Origin: Vicinamibacteria bacterium
Lineage (GTDB): Bacteria > Acidobacteriota > Vicinamibacteria > Marinacidobacterales > Marinacidobacteraceae
Assembly (NCBI GenBank): GCA_963555995.3
Contig: OY821641.1
Span: 1,376,001-1,440,000 of the forward strand
Direction: 5' to 3'
DNA length: 64,000 bases
Part shown: in pieces, positions 29,544 to 39,600 of the stretch
Layout: each line of letters begins with the position of its first letter
Position numbering within the stretch: the first letter of the stretch is position 1
The notes under the pieces: generated by a model
What the model saw: the letters and a program-made list of their open reading frames with translations, nothing else
The model's database searches: none
What the model was told of the DNA's origin: nothing
Position numbers and translations under genes: made by a program

Positions 29544-29706
29544 GGAGCGCCGCTCTTCAGAGCGGCACAGCGGGCCGAAGGCCCGCGGATGTCGTGTCGC
29601 TGTCTGCGGTGATGAACCGGGAGCCGCGCGCCGCCGCGCCAGTCAGCGTCGCGCCGTGCGCTGCGCTATTGCGCAGCGCGTGCCGGTCTGAAGACCGGCG
29701 CTCCCA
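29544..29706. repeat. Inverted pair of REP-like elements (REPIN/BIME-like)
   Basis: + copy GGAGC-GCCGCTCT-TC-AGAGCGGC-ACA-GCGGGCC-GAA-GGCCCGC (29544-29586). Opposite-orientation copy at 29659-29706. Confidence 0.8.
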
Positions 29707-29784
29707 GCCGGCGGCGCCGCGCCCGGGGCTTTAGACTCCGGGGGAGTGTGGCGCTCCCCGAGGCGCCAGCGATTGGTCAGACTG

Positions 29785-30144
29785 ATGAATCTCCGGAAGC
29801 TGGCGATACGGGCGGCGGTGCTGGCGCCGCTGGTCGCGGTGGCGGCGACGTTCTTCCTGAACGTCTGCCACCTGATCTACGACTGCGGCTGCGTCTCCAT
29901 CTGGAACGGCGGGGCGGCGTTTTGCAACATCCAGACGGCCGGCCCGCCGGACTGCCCCTTCTGCGCCCAGCCGAACGTGGCCTACGGCGCCCTCTACGGG
30001 ACGTTCCTGGTGCAGGGCGTCCTCGTGTTCGCTCCGGGCGCCCTCGGCCTCGGAATCCGGGCATTGCTCGGACTGGCCGCGTTCCCCCTGGTGGTGGGAG
30101 CCACCGGGATCGTTCTCGGGCTCCAGGCGGGCTACTGGGGCTGA
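29785..30144 (+). CDS. Small Cys-rich membrane protein, unknown function
   Basis: Three hydrophobic segments; motif C-x5-CGC-x10-C-x9-CPFC; typical high-GC3 codons. Confidence 0.7.
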   Translation: MNLRKLAIRAAVLAPLVAVAATFFLNVCHLIYDCGCVSIWNGGAAFCNIQTAGPPDCPFCAQPNVAYGALYGTFLVQGVLVFAPGALGLGIRALLGLAAFPLVVGATGIVLGLQAGYWG

Positions 30145-30205
30145 TCCGTCGGGGATCGGCGGGTATCATCGGAACCCGCCCCCGGGGGCGGCAAGGGGAG
30201 GTCCC

Positions 30206-30589
30206 GTGTCAGCGAGAGATCAAGTACGTCACATCCAGTGGGAAGCCATGGAGAAGGAGCGCCTGAGCGACCAGCTCAGCCGCCGGATCATCACCGCGGA
30301 TCGGGCCATGCTCACCCACGTCTATCTCGACAAGGGCGCCGTGGTTCCGATGCACTCGCACGAAAACGAACAGATCACCTACGTGATCAACGGAGTGCTC
30401 CGCTTCTGGATCGAAGACGAGGATTCGGAGCCGATCGACGTGAAGGCCGGAGAGGTGCTGGTCCTTCCCTCCTGGGTGCCGCACAAGGCGATCGCGCTGG
30501 AAGACACCCTTGACGTGGACATCTTCACGCCGCCGCGGCAGGACTGGTTGGACGGAACCGACGATTACCTTCGCGGCGGAGGCGATTGA
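30206..30589 (+). CDS. Cupin domain protein
   Basis: PMHSHENEQITYV..G.LRF; GEVLVLPSWVPH; DIFTPPRQDW. GGAGG RBS. Confidence 0.9.
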   Translation: MSARDQVRHIQWEAMEKERLSDQLSRRIITADRAMLTHVYLDKGAVVPMHSHENEQITYVINGVLRFWIEDEDSEPIDVKAGEVLVLPSWVPHKAIALEDTLDVDIFTPPRQDWLDGTDDYLRGGGD

Positions 30590-30615
30590 CCGATTCCAGA
30601 GAGCGAGTCTGAAAA

Positions 30616-32937
30616 GTGCGACGCTCCGACTACGCCCCGGTGATCCGGCGCTATTTCGTGGCCGGCGCGGCCACGAGCGCCCTGGGCGTGGTGATCCTGC
30701 ACGCGCTGGCCGCGGTTTCGTTCGGGGCCATTCCGGGGTGGCTGCTGGCGTCGGTCACGGGAGTCCTCGCGGGCGTGGCTTCGCTCGTGGTCTTCGTCGG
30801 GTTGAGCCGGGTTGCCGAGCGCCTCGTCGAGTGGCTCTCCACGGACGCCTTCCTGCTGCTGGCGGCGGCGGGAGCGAGCCTCTGGCTGCTGCGGAGCACC
30901 ATCTTCCGCTGGCCGGAGGCGCTCCTTCCGGGACTGCTGGTGGTGGTCTTCCTCGGACCGTTCCTCGTCGGTTCCGGTCTCGCCATGATGTTTCGCCCGC
31001 ACGACCCGGCCTACCGCCGGGGCGGGGTGCTGCTCACCCTGGCGGGGGCCGGGTGCATCGCCTACGGGGTGACCTGGTTCTTCGCTCCTGGACAGGACCC
31101 CTACGTCCGGCCGGCGCAGGCCCAGCCCAATCCGCCGCCCGCGCTCGCGGAAGACCCGGCGGCGCGCGGCCCCCATCCGGTGCGCCTCCTGACCTACGGC
31201 AGCGGACGGGACCCGCACCGGCCGGAGTACGGGGACGTGGTGACCATCCGCTCGCCCTCCGTGGACCTCAGCCGCGTGCTCCCGGAGTGGCGCGGTTTCC
31301 GCGCGACGCACCGGGAGTGGTGGTGGGGATTCGGCCTGGAGGACGCTCCCCGGAACGGCCGGCTGCACCTGCCCGATACGGAGCGGGGCGACCGGCGTCC
31401 GGTAGCGCTGATCGTCCACGGCAACCACCGGATGGAAGACTTCTCCGACGCCGGCTACGACTACCTCGCGGACCTGCTGGCAAGCCACGGGATCGCGGCC
31501 GCGTCCGTGGACGCCAACTTCCTCAACGGGACCTGGTCGGGTGATTTCGGCGGGCGCGAGATGCCGGCGCGCGCGATCCTGCTGCTGGAGCACCTCCGGC
31601 TGTTGCGGACCTGGAACCGGGACCCGCGCTCACCGATCTACAACCGCCTCGACCTCGACCGGGTAGCCCTGCTCGGGCACTCGCGCGGCGGAGAGGCGGC
31701 GGCGATCGCCGCGGCCTTCAACGACCTGCCCTCGTTCCCGGATGACGCGGACTATCGGTTCGACTACGGCTTCGGAATCGAATCCGTCGTGGCGATCGCC
31801 CAGATTGACCGCCGCTATTCGCGGCGCATCGAGCTGCGCGACGTCAACTTCCTGGCTATCCAGGGCTCCTACGACACCGACGAGCCCAGTTTCCACGGCC
31901 TCCGCCAGTTCCACCGGACCCGCCTCGACGGCGCCGCCGAGCGCCCCGCGGGGGCTCTCGGCTTCCGTCTGAAGGCGGGGGTCGTCGCGCATCGCGGCAA
32001 CCACGGCCAGTTCAACACGACCTGGGGCATGGACTCGGGTCTGTGGGGCATGTTCTGGCTCAATCGCGCCCCGCTTCTCGCCGCGTCCGAACAGCAACGG
32101 ATGGCTCAGGTGTACGTCCTGGCGTTCCTGCGGGCCACCCTGCTGGGCGAGGCGGAATTCGTGCCGCTGCTCCGCGACCACCGCACCGGGGCGCCGTTCC
32201 TCCCCGAGACCCGCTACCAGAGCCAGTACGCGGACTCCCGCACCCGCATCGTCGCGGGCTTCGAGGAGGACCTTCATCTCGCCACGGCGACCGCCGCCGG
32301 CGCCACCATCGAGGCGCGCGGTCTCGCCGGCTGGAGCGAGGAGGAAGTCCTGTTCCGCGACGGTTCCAAGCAGGCCACCTCCGCCGTCCGGCTTGAGACG
32401 TCGGGAGGCGAACAGGCCGAGGATCCGGTCTACGAGATTCGCTTCGCCGAACCGGTCGCCATGACCGGCGAGGACGATTTCGTGCTCTCCGTGGTCTGGC
32501 GCCCGGAGCCGCCGGGAGACGGCGCCGAATCGCCGGCGGTGGCCCCGCCCCTCCCGATGACGGTGCAACTGCTGTTCCCCGACGAGGTGGAGGGGCCGGC
32601 GTTCGCGATCGTGGACGCGATCTCCCCGGAGCCTCCCTTCGAGGTCCAGTTCCTGAAGTCGCGCCGGATGAATCGCGAGCGGTACCGCCGCATCGTCGAG
32701 GAGATCCCGCAGACCGTCGCCGTCCGGGGCAGGAACCTCCTGCCGCCGCCACCTCCGCCCCCTCCCGTCCTGCCTGGCGTGGCGCCCGTCCCTCCGCCTC
32801 CCGCCGCGCCGCCGCCGGTGATCGGCGTCCGCTTCCGGCTCGACCCGGAGATCGCCGGAAGCGTTCTGCTGGACGACGTGGGATTTCGGAGCGGTCTGGC
32901 GGGCGGCCCGGGCGGGGCGGCGCCTGGCCCCTCGTGA
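30616..32937 (+). CDS. Membrane-anchored alpha/beta hydrolase
   Basis: N-terminal TM bundle; LIVHGNH, GYDYLA..LASHG, nucleophile GHSRGGE, GSYDTD, GNHGQFN; poly-Pro linker near the C-terminus. Confidence 0.8.
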   Translation: MRRSDYAPVIRRYFVAGAATSALGVVILHALAAVSFGAIPGWLLASVTGVLAGVASLVVFVGLSRVAERLVEWLSTDAFLLLAAAGASLWLLRSTIFRWPEALLPGLLVVVFLGPFLVGSGLAMMFRPHDPAYRRGGVLLTLAGAGCIAYGVTWFFAPGQDPYVRPAQAQPNPPPALAEDPAARGPHPVRLLTYGSGRDPHRPEYGDVVTIRSPSVDLSRVLPEWRGFRATHREWWWGFGLEDAPRNGRLHLPDTERGDRRPVALIVHGNHRMEDFSDAGYDYLADLLASHGIAAASVDANFLNGTWSGDFGGREMPARAILLLEHLRLLRTWNRDPRSPIYNRLDLDRVALLGHSRGGEAAAIAAAFNDLPSFPDDADYRFDYGFGIESVVAIAQIDRRYSRRIELRDVNFLAIQGSYDTDEPSFHGLRQFHRTRLDGAAERPAGALGFRLKAGVVAHRGNHGQFNTTWGMDSGLWGMFWLNRAPLLAASEQQRMAQVYVLAFLRATLLGEAEFVPLLRDHRTGAPFLPETRYQSQYADSRTRIVAGFEEDLHLATATAAGATIEARGLAGWSEEEVLFRDGSKQATSAVRLETSGGEQAEDPVYEIRFAEPVAMTGEDDFVLSVVWRPEPPGDGAESPAVAPPLPMTVQLLFPDEVEGPAFAIVDAISPEPPFEVQFLKSRRMNRERYRRIVEEIPQTVAVRGRNLLPPPPPPPPVLPGVAPVPPPPAAPPPVIGVRFRLDPEIAGSVLLDDVGFRSGLAGGPGGAAPGPS

Positions 32938-33713
32938 TTGCCGGTTCCGTCGCCGCGGGACCGCCCGCGGCGGGACTCGAGGGCCTGGTCGCCCAACTGA
33001 CCGCGGCCGGGGCGGAGGGGGCGCGGCGCCGGCCCCGCGTCACCATCAGCTACGCCCAGAGTCTCGACGGTTCCATCGCCGCGAGGCCGGGGGAGCCGCT
33101 CCGGCTCAGCGGCTCGCGTTCGCTGGAACTCACGCACCGGCTGCGCGCCGGCCACGACGCCATCCTGGTGGGAATCGGAACGGTGCTGGCCGACGATCCG
33201 CGGCTCAACGTAAGGCTCGTAGCCGGCGACAGCCCCCTTCCGATCATCCTCGACGGCCGGCTTCGGCTACCGCCCACCGCCCGGCTCCTCCGGGGCCGTG
33301 GAGCTGTCGGGGCCGCTCCTCCGCCGCTCGTCGCGACGAGCTTCGAGGCGTCGCGTGAGCGGGCCGCCCGGCTTCGCGCCGCCGGGGTGACGGTGCGGAG
33401 GTTCCGTTCACCGAACGGGCGGGTGCCGCTCCGATCCGTCATGCGCGCCCTGCACCGGCGCGGCGTGCGGAGGCTGCTCGTCGAGGGCGGCGGCCGGGTG
33501 CTCACCTCGATGTTCGCCGAACGGCTCGCGGATTGGGTCGTGATTACCGTCGCCCCCCGGCTGGTCGGCGGCGAGCCGGCCCTCGCCCGCGTGCCGGCGC
33601 CCGTGGACCTCGCGGGACTCGGCTGGGCGCGTCTCGACGACGATCTCGTGTTCGCCGGGCGCCCCCGGTTCGGCGCCTCGCGGCGCGTCGCTTCCACGGG
33701 GCGCGCGGTCTGA
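32934..33713 (+). CDS. RibD C-terminal domain reductase (DHFR-fold)
   Basis: VTISYAQSLDGSIA, HRLRAGHDAILVGIGTVLADDPRLNVR, LLVEGGG. No deaminase domain. Confidence 0.85.
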   Translation: MIAGSVAAGPPAAGLEGLVAQLTAAGAEGARRRPRVTISYAQSLDGSIAARPGEPLRLSGSRSLELTHRLRAGHDAILVGIGTVLADDPRLNVRLVAGDSPLPIILDGRLRLPPTARLLRGRGAVGAAPPPLVATSFEASRERAARLRAAGVTVRRFRSPNGRVPLRSVMRALHRRGVRRLLVEGGGRVLTSMFAERLADWVVITVAPRLVGGEPALARVPAPVDLAGLGWARLDDDLVFAGRPRFGASRRVASTGRAV

Positions 33714-33717
33714 CTCC

Positions 33718-34755
33718 GTGACCGGACCGGCCTCGGTCGCGGAGCGGCTCTCCGTATGGTTCGAGGGGCCGCGCCGCGTCGCCGTGCGCCGCGGGCCGGC
33801 GCCCGAGCCCGGAGCCGGCGAGGCGCGGGTGCGAACGGGCGTCTCGGCGATCAGCACGGGCACCGAACTCGCCGCCTGGCGCGGAGAACTGGACCCTGCG
33901 CTTCCACGGGACGAAACCCTGGGCGCGCACGCGGGCGGCTCGTTCCGGTTCCCTTTTCCCTACGGCTATGCCTCGGTGGGCCGGCTGGAAGCGCTGGGAC
34001 CCGCCGCGCCGGCCGGCGCGCCGTCGCCTGGTTCCCGGGTGTTCGCCTTCGTGCCCCACCAGAGCGTGTTCTGCGCGCCGGTGGGTGACTTGCTCCCCGT
34101 CCCGGCGGGCGTCCCGGACGAGCGCGCGGCGCTCTTCCCCTATCTCGAAACGGCGGTGAACCTGCTCCTCGACGGGGCGCCCCGGATCGGGGAGCGGGTG
34201 GTTGTCGTGGGTCAGGGAGTGCTCGGGCTGGCCCTCACCGCGCTGCTCTCCCGGTATCCGCTCGGCGGGCTGATCGCCGTGGAACCGAAGCCCGAGCGCC
34301 GCCGCCGGTCGCTGGAGTTCGGGGCGTACGAGGCGGTCACGCCCGAAGAGGCCCGGGAGAGCGTTCACCGGGCTTTCCCCGGCGGCGCCGAACTGGTCTT
34401 CGAGGTCTCGGGCAACCGGTCGGCGCTCGACTCGGCGATCCGGGCCGCGGCGCGCGACGGGCGCGTGGTCGCGGGTTCCTGGCTGGCCGGGGGAGCGACG
34501 CCGCTCGACCTGGGCGGCTGGTTCCACCGGGGGCGGGTCCGGATCGTTTCGAGCCAGGTGAGCCACCTGCCCCCGCTGGAGCCGTCCTGGACCATCGAGC
34601 GCCGCCGCCGGACCGCGTGGGAACTGCTCGGCAGCGTTCCCCTCGAGACCCTGGTGACTCTCCGGGTCCCGCTCGCGGACGCGGGGAGGGCCTACGCGCG
34701 GCTCGACGCGGGGGAGGAACTCGCGGCGCTGCTGGTCAGCAGCAGTTCGGGCTGA
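33718..34755 (+). CDS. MDR/zinc-binding dehydrogenase-like oxidoreductase
   Basis: SAISTGTE, FPFPYGYASVG, FAFVPHQ, ETAVN, VVGQGVLG, FEVSG, FH..RVRIVSSQV. Confidence 0.8.
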   Translation: MTGPASVAERLSVWFEGPRRVAVRRGPAPEPGAGEARVRTGVSAISTGTELAAWRGELDPALPRDETLGAHAGGSFRFPFPYGYASVGRLEALGPAAPAGAPSPGSRVFAFVPHQSVFCAPVGDLLPVPAGVPDERAALFPYLETAVNLLLDGAPRIGERVVVVGQGVLGLALTALLSRYPLGGLIAVEPKPERRRRSLEFGAYEAVTPEEARESVHRAFPGGAELVFEVSGNRSALDSAIRAAARDGRVVAGSWLAGGATPLDLGGWFHRGRVRIVSSQVSHLPPLEPSWTIERRRRTAWELLGSVPLETLVTLRVPLADAGRAYARLDAGEELAALLVSSSSG

Positions 34756-36902
34756 GCCGGTTCCGGAGCGTTCCCCTGCTCCACCGGGGGGGCGGACGGC
34801 GCCCGGGTTTCCTGGATCCTTGCGATCTGCGCGCGTTCCGCTTCGGCCTGTTCGGCGAGCCACCGGTAGATGGACTCCTGGGCGGCCCGCCGCGGCGTTC
34901 CCGGGGGAACCCGCTGGTTCCTGCCTGCCGAGTCGTGGTTTCGGGCCTTGCAGTTGTCGGCCCACTGCAGATCGAGGTAGCGCCGCAACTGGTTCTTGAT
35001 CCGCTCGTCGTAGATCGGGAAGGCGACCTCGATGCGCTGGCCGAAGTTGCGCGGCATCCAGTCGGCGGACGTGCAGTAGTAGAGCGGGTCCCCGCCGTTT
35101 CCGAAGACGAGGATCCGGGAGTGCTCGAGGTAGCGGTCGAGGATGGAGATCGCCTTGAAGTCGGCCCTTGCCGGCAGGTTCTCGGTGGGAACCGAGAAGG
35201 TGCCCCGGACGATCAGGCGGATCCGGACCCCGGCCTCGGCCGCTTCCTCCAGCAGGGCGATGACCTCCGGATGCGTCAGGTGGTTCAGCTTCACCTCGAT
35301 GGAGGCCGGCTCGCCGCGCCGGGCGCGCGCGATCTCCGCGTGGATGAGGTGATCCACCGTGGTCCGGAGAGTCCAGGGCGAGACGACGAGATGGTCCATC
35401 TCGCGGGTCTCGTACGGCCGGCGAATGACTCGGAAGAGGCGGGCCAGATCCCGGCAGATCCCTTCGTGGGTGGTCAGGAGGAAGTGGTCGGCGTAGAGGT
35501 TCGCGGTGTCCTCGTTCAGGTTCCCGGTGCCGATGAAGCCGTAGAGGGCGCGCCGGCCCCGCTCCCGGCGCTCGATGAGACCCATCTTGGCGTGGATCTT
35601 GAGGTCCTCCGGGCCGAAGACCACGCGGACTCCCTCGCGAGTGAGGACATCGGTGAACTCGATGTTGGTGGTCTCGTCGAAGCGGGCGGTGAGCTCCACC
35701 ACCGCGGTGACCTTCTTGCCGTTGCGCGCCGCGTTGACCAGGGCGTTCACCACCCCGGAGTTGTTCGCGACCCGGTACATGGTCACCGAGATCCGGGTGA
35801 CCTTGGGATCAATGGCCGCTTCCCGGAGCAGATCGATCAGGTACGAGAAGCGCTGGTAGGGCGTCTGGATCAGGATGTCCCGGCGCCGCATCGCCCGCAT
35901 GATGGAACGCTCGCGATCGATGGCGGGAAGGCCCAGGGTCGGCCAGGGCTCGTAGCGAAGACCGCTCCTGACCAGCGGAAAGCGGATGAAGTCCTTGAAG
36001 TTGTGATGCCGCCCGCCCGGTACCAGCACGCTCCGGTCGTGGATCTGGAGACTCCGGCAGAGGGCCTCCAGCAGGTCGCCGGGCATGGTCTGGTCGAAGA
36101 CGAAGCGCACGAGCGAAGCGGTCAGCCGCCGCCGCACGCTCTTTTCCACCTTGCGCAGATAGCTGTCCTGCGGGCTGCCGTTGAGGTCGAGCCCCGAATC
36201 CCGGGTGATCTTGACGACGTAGCCCTCGGCGGTTTCCACCTGGAAGATGGAAAAGATCTCCGGGAGCCGGTAGCGGATCACGTCCTCGAGCAGGATGACG
36301 TCGGTCCGCCCCGGCGCCGACGGCAGGCGGACGAAACGCCCCGCCGAGCGGGTGGGGATGTCCACGATGGCGTACATCGGCCGGCGCCGGCCGGAGCGCA
36401 GCACCCGGACGCCCAGGTAGATCTCCCGCTCGTCGAGATTGAGCGTCTGTCCGCTGCGTTCCAGCATGATCGGGGTCAGGTGTGGACGCACCTCGCGGAC
36501 GAAGTAGTCCTGGACGGTTTCCCCCTGCTCGGGGCTCAGGTCGGCTTCGGTGATGATGCGGATGCCGTGCTCTTCGAGTTCGCGCAGGAGGGCGTCGTAG
36601 GTCTGGAGAAAGAGCGCCTGGTCGCGCAGGATCTGGCGCTGGATGTCGGAGAGGAGGACCGACGGGTCCCGGTCGAAGAACCGCCGGCGGCTGGGACTGA
36701 TCTTCTGGATGCGCTGCAGCGCCGCCACCCGGACCCGGTAGTACTCGTCCTGGTTGCTCGAGAAGATGCCGAGGAAACGAAGCCGCTCGACAAGCGGAAC
36801 GGTCTCGTCCCGCGCTTCCTGGAGGACCCGGCCGTTGAACGCCAGTTGCGATACCTCGCGCGGAATGGCCGCGGTGGGACGGTGACGATGGTCGGGGGCC
36901 AT
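34692..36902 (-). CDS. ppk1: Polyphosphate kinase 1
   Basis: LAFNGRVLQEA, ERLRFLGIFSSNQDE, YRVA..S, VELTARFDE, LKIHAK, GTGNLN, RYLEHSRI, SADWMPRN. Confidence 0.93.
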   Translation of the reverse strand: MAPDHRHRPTAAIPREVSQLAFNGRVLQEARDETVPLVERLRFLGIFSSNQDEYYRVRVAALQRIQKISPSRRRFFDRDPSVLLSDIQRQILRDQALFLQTYDALLRELEEHGIRIITEADLSPEQGETVQDYFVREVRPHLTPIMLERSGQTLNLDEREIYLGVRVLRSGRRRPMYAIVDIPTRSAGRFVRLPSAPGRTDVILLEDVIRYRLPEIFSIFQVETAEGYVVKITRDSGLDLNGSPQDSYLRKVEKSVRRRLTASLVRFVFDQTMPGDLLEALCRSLQIHDRSVLVPGGRHHNFKDFIRFPLVRSGLRYEPWPTLGLPAIDRERSIMRAMRRRDILIQTPYQRFSYLIDLLREAAIDPKVTRISVTMYRVANNSGVVNALVNAARNGKKVTAVVELTARFDETTNIEFTDVLTREGVRVVFGPEDLKIHAKMGLIERRERGRRALYGFIGTGNLNEDTANLYADHFLLTTHEGICRDLARLFRVIRRPYETREMDHLVVSPWTLRTTVDHLIHAEIARARRGEPASIEVKLNHLTHPEVIALLEEAAEAGVRIRLIVRGTFSVPTENLPARADFKAISILDRYLEHSRILVFGNGGDPLYYCTSADWMPRNFGQRIEVAFPIYDERIKNQLRRYLDLQWADNCKARNHDSAGRNQRVPPGTPRRAAQESIYRWLAEQAEAERAQIARIQETRAPSAPPVEQGNAPEPAQPELLLTSSAASSSPASSRA

Positions 36903-36952
36903 GAAACGGACGGTTTTCCGGGAAAATACCGGGCTCGGGGAAAGACTACGAC

Positions 36953-37753
36953 ATGGCAACGGACGGGTGGGCGCTGATCACCGGCGCCTCGACCGGGATC
37001 GGGCGCGAACTCGCGTCGCTCGCCGCCGCCGACGGGCGCGACGTGGTGCTCGTGGCCCGAAACGCGGGACGCCTCGAGCAGGCGGCGGAGGAAGTCCGCG
37101 CCGGGTACGGAGTGCGTGCGGTGGCGCTGTCGCTGGACCTCACCGAGCCGGGAGCCCCCGAGCGTCTCCACGCCGCCACCGGCGAGCGCGGCATGGAGGT
37201 TGACTTCCTCGTCAACAACGCCGGGTTCGGGATGAGCCGGCGCTTTGCGGACGTCCCGCTCGCGGTGCAGCGCTCGATGATTGGACTGAACCTGGCGGCG
37301 CTCAGCGACCTCTGCCACCTCTATCTCCCCGGGATGCTGGAGCGGGGCCGGGGAAGGATCCTGAACGTCGGCTCGGGCGCCGGTTACGTCCCGGGCCTCG
37401 GCTTCACGACCTACGCCTCCACCAAGGCCTTCGTCCTCCACCTCACCGAGGGGCTCGCCGGCGAGCTCGCGGGCACGGGGGTGACGGTGAGCGTGCTCTG
37501 TCCCGGCCCGGTGAACACCCCCTTCCTGGGAACGGCGGGCATCGAGGGCTTCTCGGGGATCCGCCGGCTCGCGCTCGCCGATCCGGGGCCGGTGGCCCGG
37601 GCGGGCTACCGGGGGGCTCTCCGCGGGAAGGTGGTGATCAACCCCGGCTTCTTTCCCCGGCTCGTCCCGTGGGTGCCGCGCCTGCTGCCGCGGTTCGCGG
37701 TGCGCTGGCTCGGGAGGCAGGTGGGCCGCCAGATGGCGCGGAGGACCGGGTGA
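36953..37753 (+). CDS. Short-chain dehydrogenase/reductase (DltE-like)
   Basis: TGASTGIG, NNAG, YASTK. Confidence 0.9.
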   Translation: MATDGWALITGASTGIGRELASLAAADGRDVVLVARNAGRLEQAAEEVRAGYGVRAVALSLDLTEPGAPERLHAATGERGMEVDFLVNNAGFGMSRRFADVPLAVQRSMIGLNLAALSDLCHLYLPGMLERGRGRILNVGSGAGYVPGLGFTTYASTKAFVLHLTEGLAGELAGTGVTVSVLCPGPVNTPFLGTAGIEGFSGIRRLALADPGPVARAGYRGALRGKVVINPGFFPRLVPWVPRLLPRFAVRWLGRQVGRQMARRTG

Positions 37754-38232
37754 GCGGCGTCGCGCTGCCGGCGCACCGGCACCTCGACGCGCTCGGAGTC
37801 CCCTGGGAGCGGCGGACCTTCCCGGCGGCAACGCCCAAGGGCGCCGCTTCGGTGGCCCACGCGCTCGGCTACCGCGAGAGCCAGATGGTGAAGACGCTGA
37901 TCTTCCAGTCGGGAACGGGCGAGCGGGCGCTGATCGCGGTGGGCGGCGACCGGAACGTCATCTCCGGAAAGCTGAAGAAGGCGATGGGCAACCGGAACAT
38001 CCGGCTCGCGAGTCCGGAAGCCGTGATCGAGTTCACCGGCTACCGGATCGGCTCGATCCCACCGTTCTCCTGGCAGCGGGAAGGCACCCGGACGTTCATT
38101 GACGAAGACCTCATGGAGGAGCCGGTCCTCGGCGTCGGCGCCGGCGTCTGGGGCGAAGAAATCCTCATCACCCCCGCCAACCTCGTCCGCGCCTCGAACG
38201 GCATCGTCGTCAACCTGACCCGCCGCGAGTAG
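37750..38232 (+). CDS. YbaK/EbsC aminoacyl-tRNA deacylase family
   Basis: QMVKTLI, TGYRIGSIPPF, VGAG. GTG overlaps the SDR stop. Confidence 0.85.
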   Translation: MSGVALPAHRHLDALGVPWERRTFPAATPKGAASVAHALGYRESQMVKTLIFQSGTGERALIAVGGDRNVISGKLKKAMGNRNIRLASPEAVIEFTGYRIGSIPPFSWQREGTRTFIDEDLMEEPVLGVGAGVWGEEILITPANLVRASNGIVVNLTRRE

Positions 38233-38271
38233 GGGACGCCCCCACCCGGGACCGCATGACGCCCCCGGCCC

Positions 38272-38449
38272 GGACCGCCGGTCTCCAGACCGGCACGCGC
38301 GGCCCTCCGCGCCGCACACGTCCCGACCGCACCTACCCTCACAGCGCGTACGGCTCGGAACGTCATCCGGCGAAGATGGCGCCTCCGGCTTGGAACGCCG
38401 GTCTCCAGACCGGCACGTGCGGCGCTCCGCGTCGCACACAGCACACCCC
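38272..38449 (+). repeat. Direct pair of REP-like elements (120-bp period)
   Basis: CGCCGGTCTCCAGACCGGCACG at ~38276 and ~38396, each followed by a GC hairpin and GCACAC. Confidence 0.88.
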
Positions 38450-38497
38450 TGATCCACCTCAGGGCACCGCCGCCCGCCGCCTGCTAATTTCCCGGCC

Positions 38498-39590
38498 ATG
38501 AGCGCCCGGAAGAGCCGGCTGGTCGCGCTTGCCCTTCTGCTTCCGCTCGTCGCCGTGTCCTGGATTCCCGCTGCCCAGGACGACCGCACCCCTCGACGAC
38601 GCCTACACCGTCTGGCTCTGTCCCATGCACCGGGACCACCAGTCGCACGGAGAAGGGAACTGCCCGCTCTGCGGGATGGCGCTCGTCCGCCGGACCCTGG
38701 TGACCCGTTACGTCTGCCTGGCCCAGGAGGACGGCGTGGTGGAGGAGGGACCCGGCATCTGTCCCGACACCGGGGATCCGCTGGTCCCGGCGACACGGGA
38801 AGTGGTCTGGTTCTGCCCCTCCGACCCCGATCGGATGTTCGTGGAACCCGGGGTCTGCGAGGGCGACCGCCCCCGCGCGATGACGACCCGGGTGTCCGCG
38901 CACGGCGACCACAACCCGCGGCACGGCGGAATCCTGTTCATGGCGCCGGACGGAGTGCACCACCTCGAAGGCGTGCTCGAAGACGGGGCCTTCCGCCTCT
39001 ATTTCTACGATTCCTTCACCCGGCCCATCGAGCCGGAACCCTTCGGCGCGCGGGCGGTTCCGGCGGACGAGCGCGGGGCGCCGCTCGGCGAGCCGGTGGC
39101 GCTCGCGTCGGCCCCCGGCGCCCTCGATACGCCGGTCGAGGCCGCGGCCGGAGAACGGGCGGCCTTCACCGCCTTCGTGCAGTTCCCCGACCGCGACGAG
39201 GAAGACCGCTTCGACTTCATCTTCCTTTCGGATGCGGAAAAGGCCGCCCTTGCCGCGGAGACCGCCCCCACCGCGCTGCCCGAACTGCGGGTCCCCGACA
39301 CTCCCCAGGCGATCCTCGACGCCATCCGCGCCCGCGACCGGCGGGTCCAGGCGCTGATCGCCCAGGGCCGCTGGGCCGATCTCTTCATCCCGGCGCTGGA
39401 AGCCAAGGACCTGGCGCTGGCCTACGGCGAAGAGGCTTCGGATCGTCCCTGGGTGGCGCTCAAGCGGATCGTGCGGGGCGCCTGGCTGCTCGACCTTCAC
39501 GGCGATCAGGGCGACCGGGTCCGCGTCGGGGAGGCCTACGAGATCTTCGCGGAGGGGATGCGGGGGCTCCCGGAGCGGGCGCCGGAGTAG
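38498..39590 (+). CDS. Exported heavy-metal-binding-domain (CPMH-type) repeat protein; apparent frameshift at CCCC 38589-38592
   Basis: Signal peptide in the 38498 frame. WLCPMH...CPLCGMALV plus two degenerate repeats and HGDHNPRHGG...HHLEG in the 38529 frame. Confidence 0.7.
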
Positions 39591-39600
39591 GGGCAATCGA

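Noticed and set aside
32739-32820. Poly-proline tract in the hydrolase (and the Gln-rich tract in batC, ~50158-50270)
   Set aside because: Ordinary flexible linkers with mixed codons; no sign of phase-variable slippage.
34692-34755. 64-nt convergent overlap of the ppk1 and dehydrogenase 3' ends
   Set aside because: Low-complexity ppk1 tail; such overlaps are common in GC-rich genomes and could also reflect an indel.
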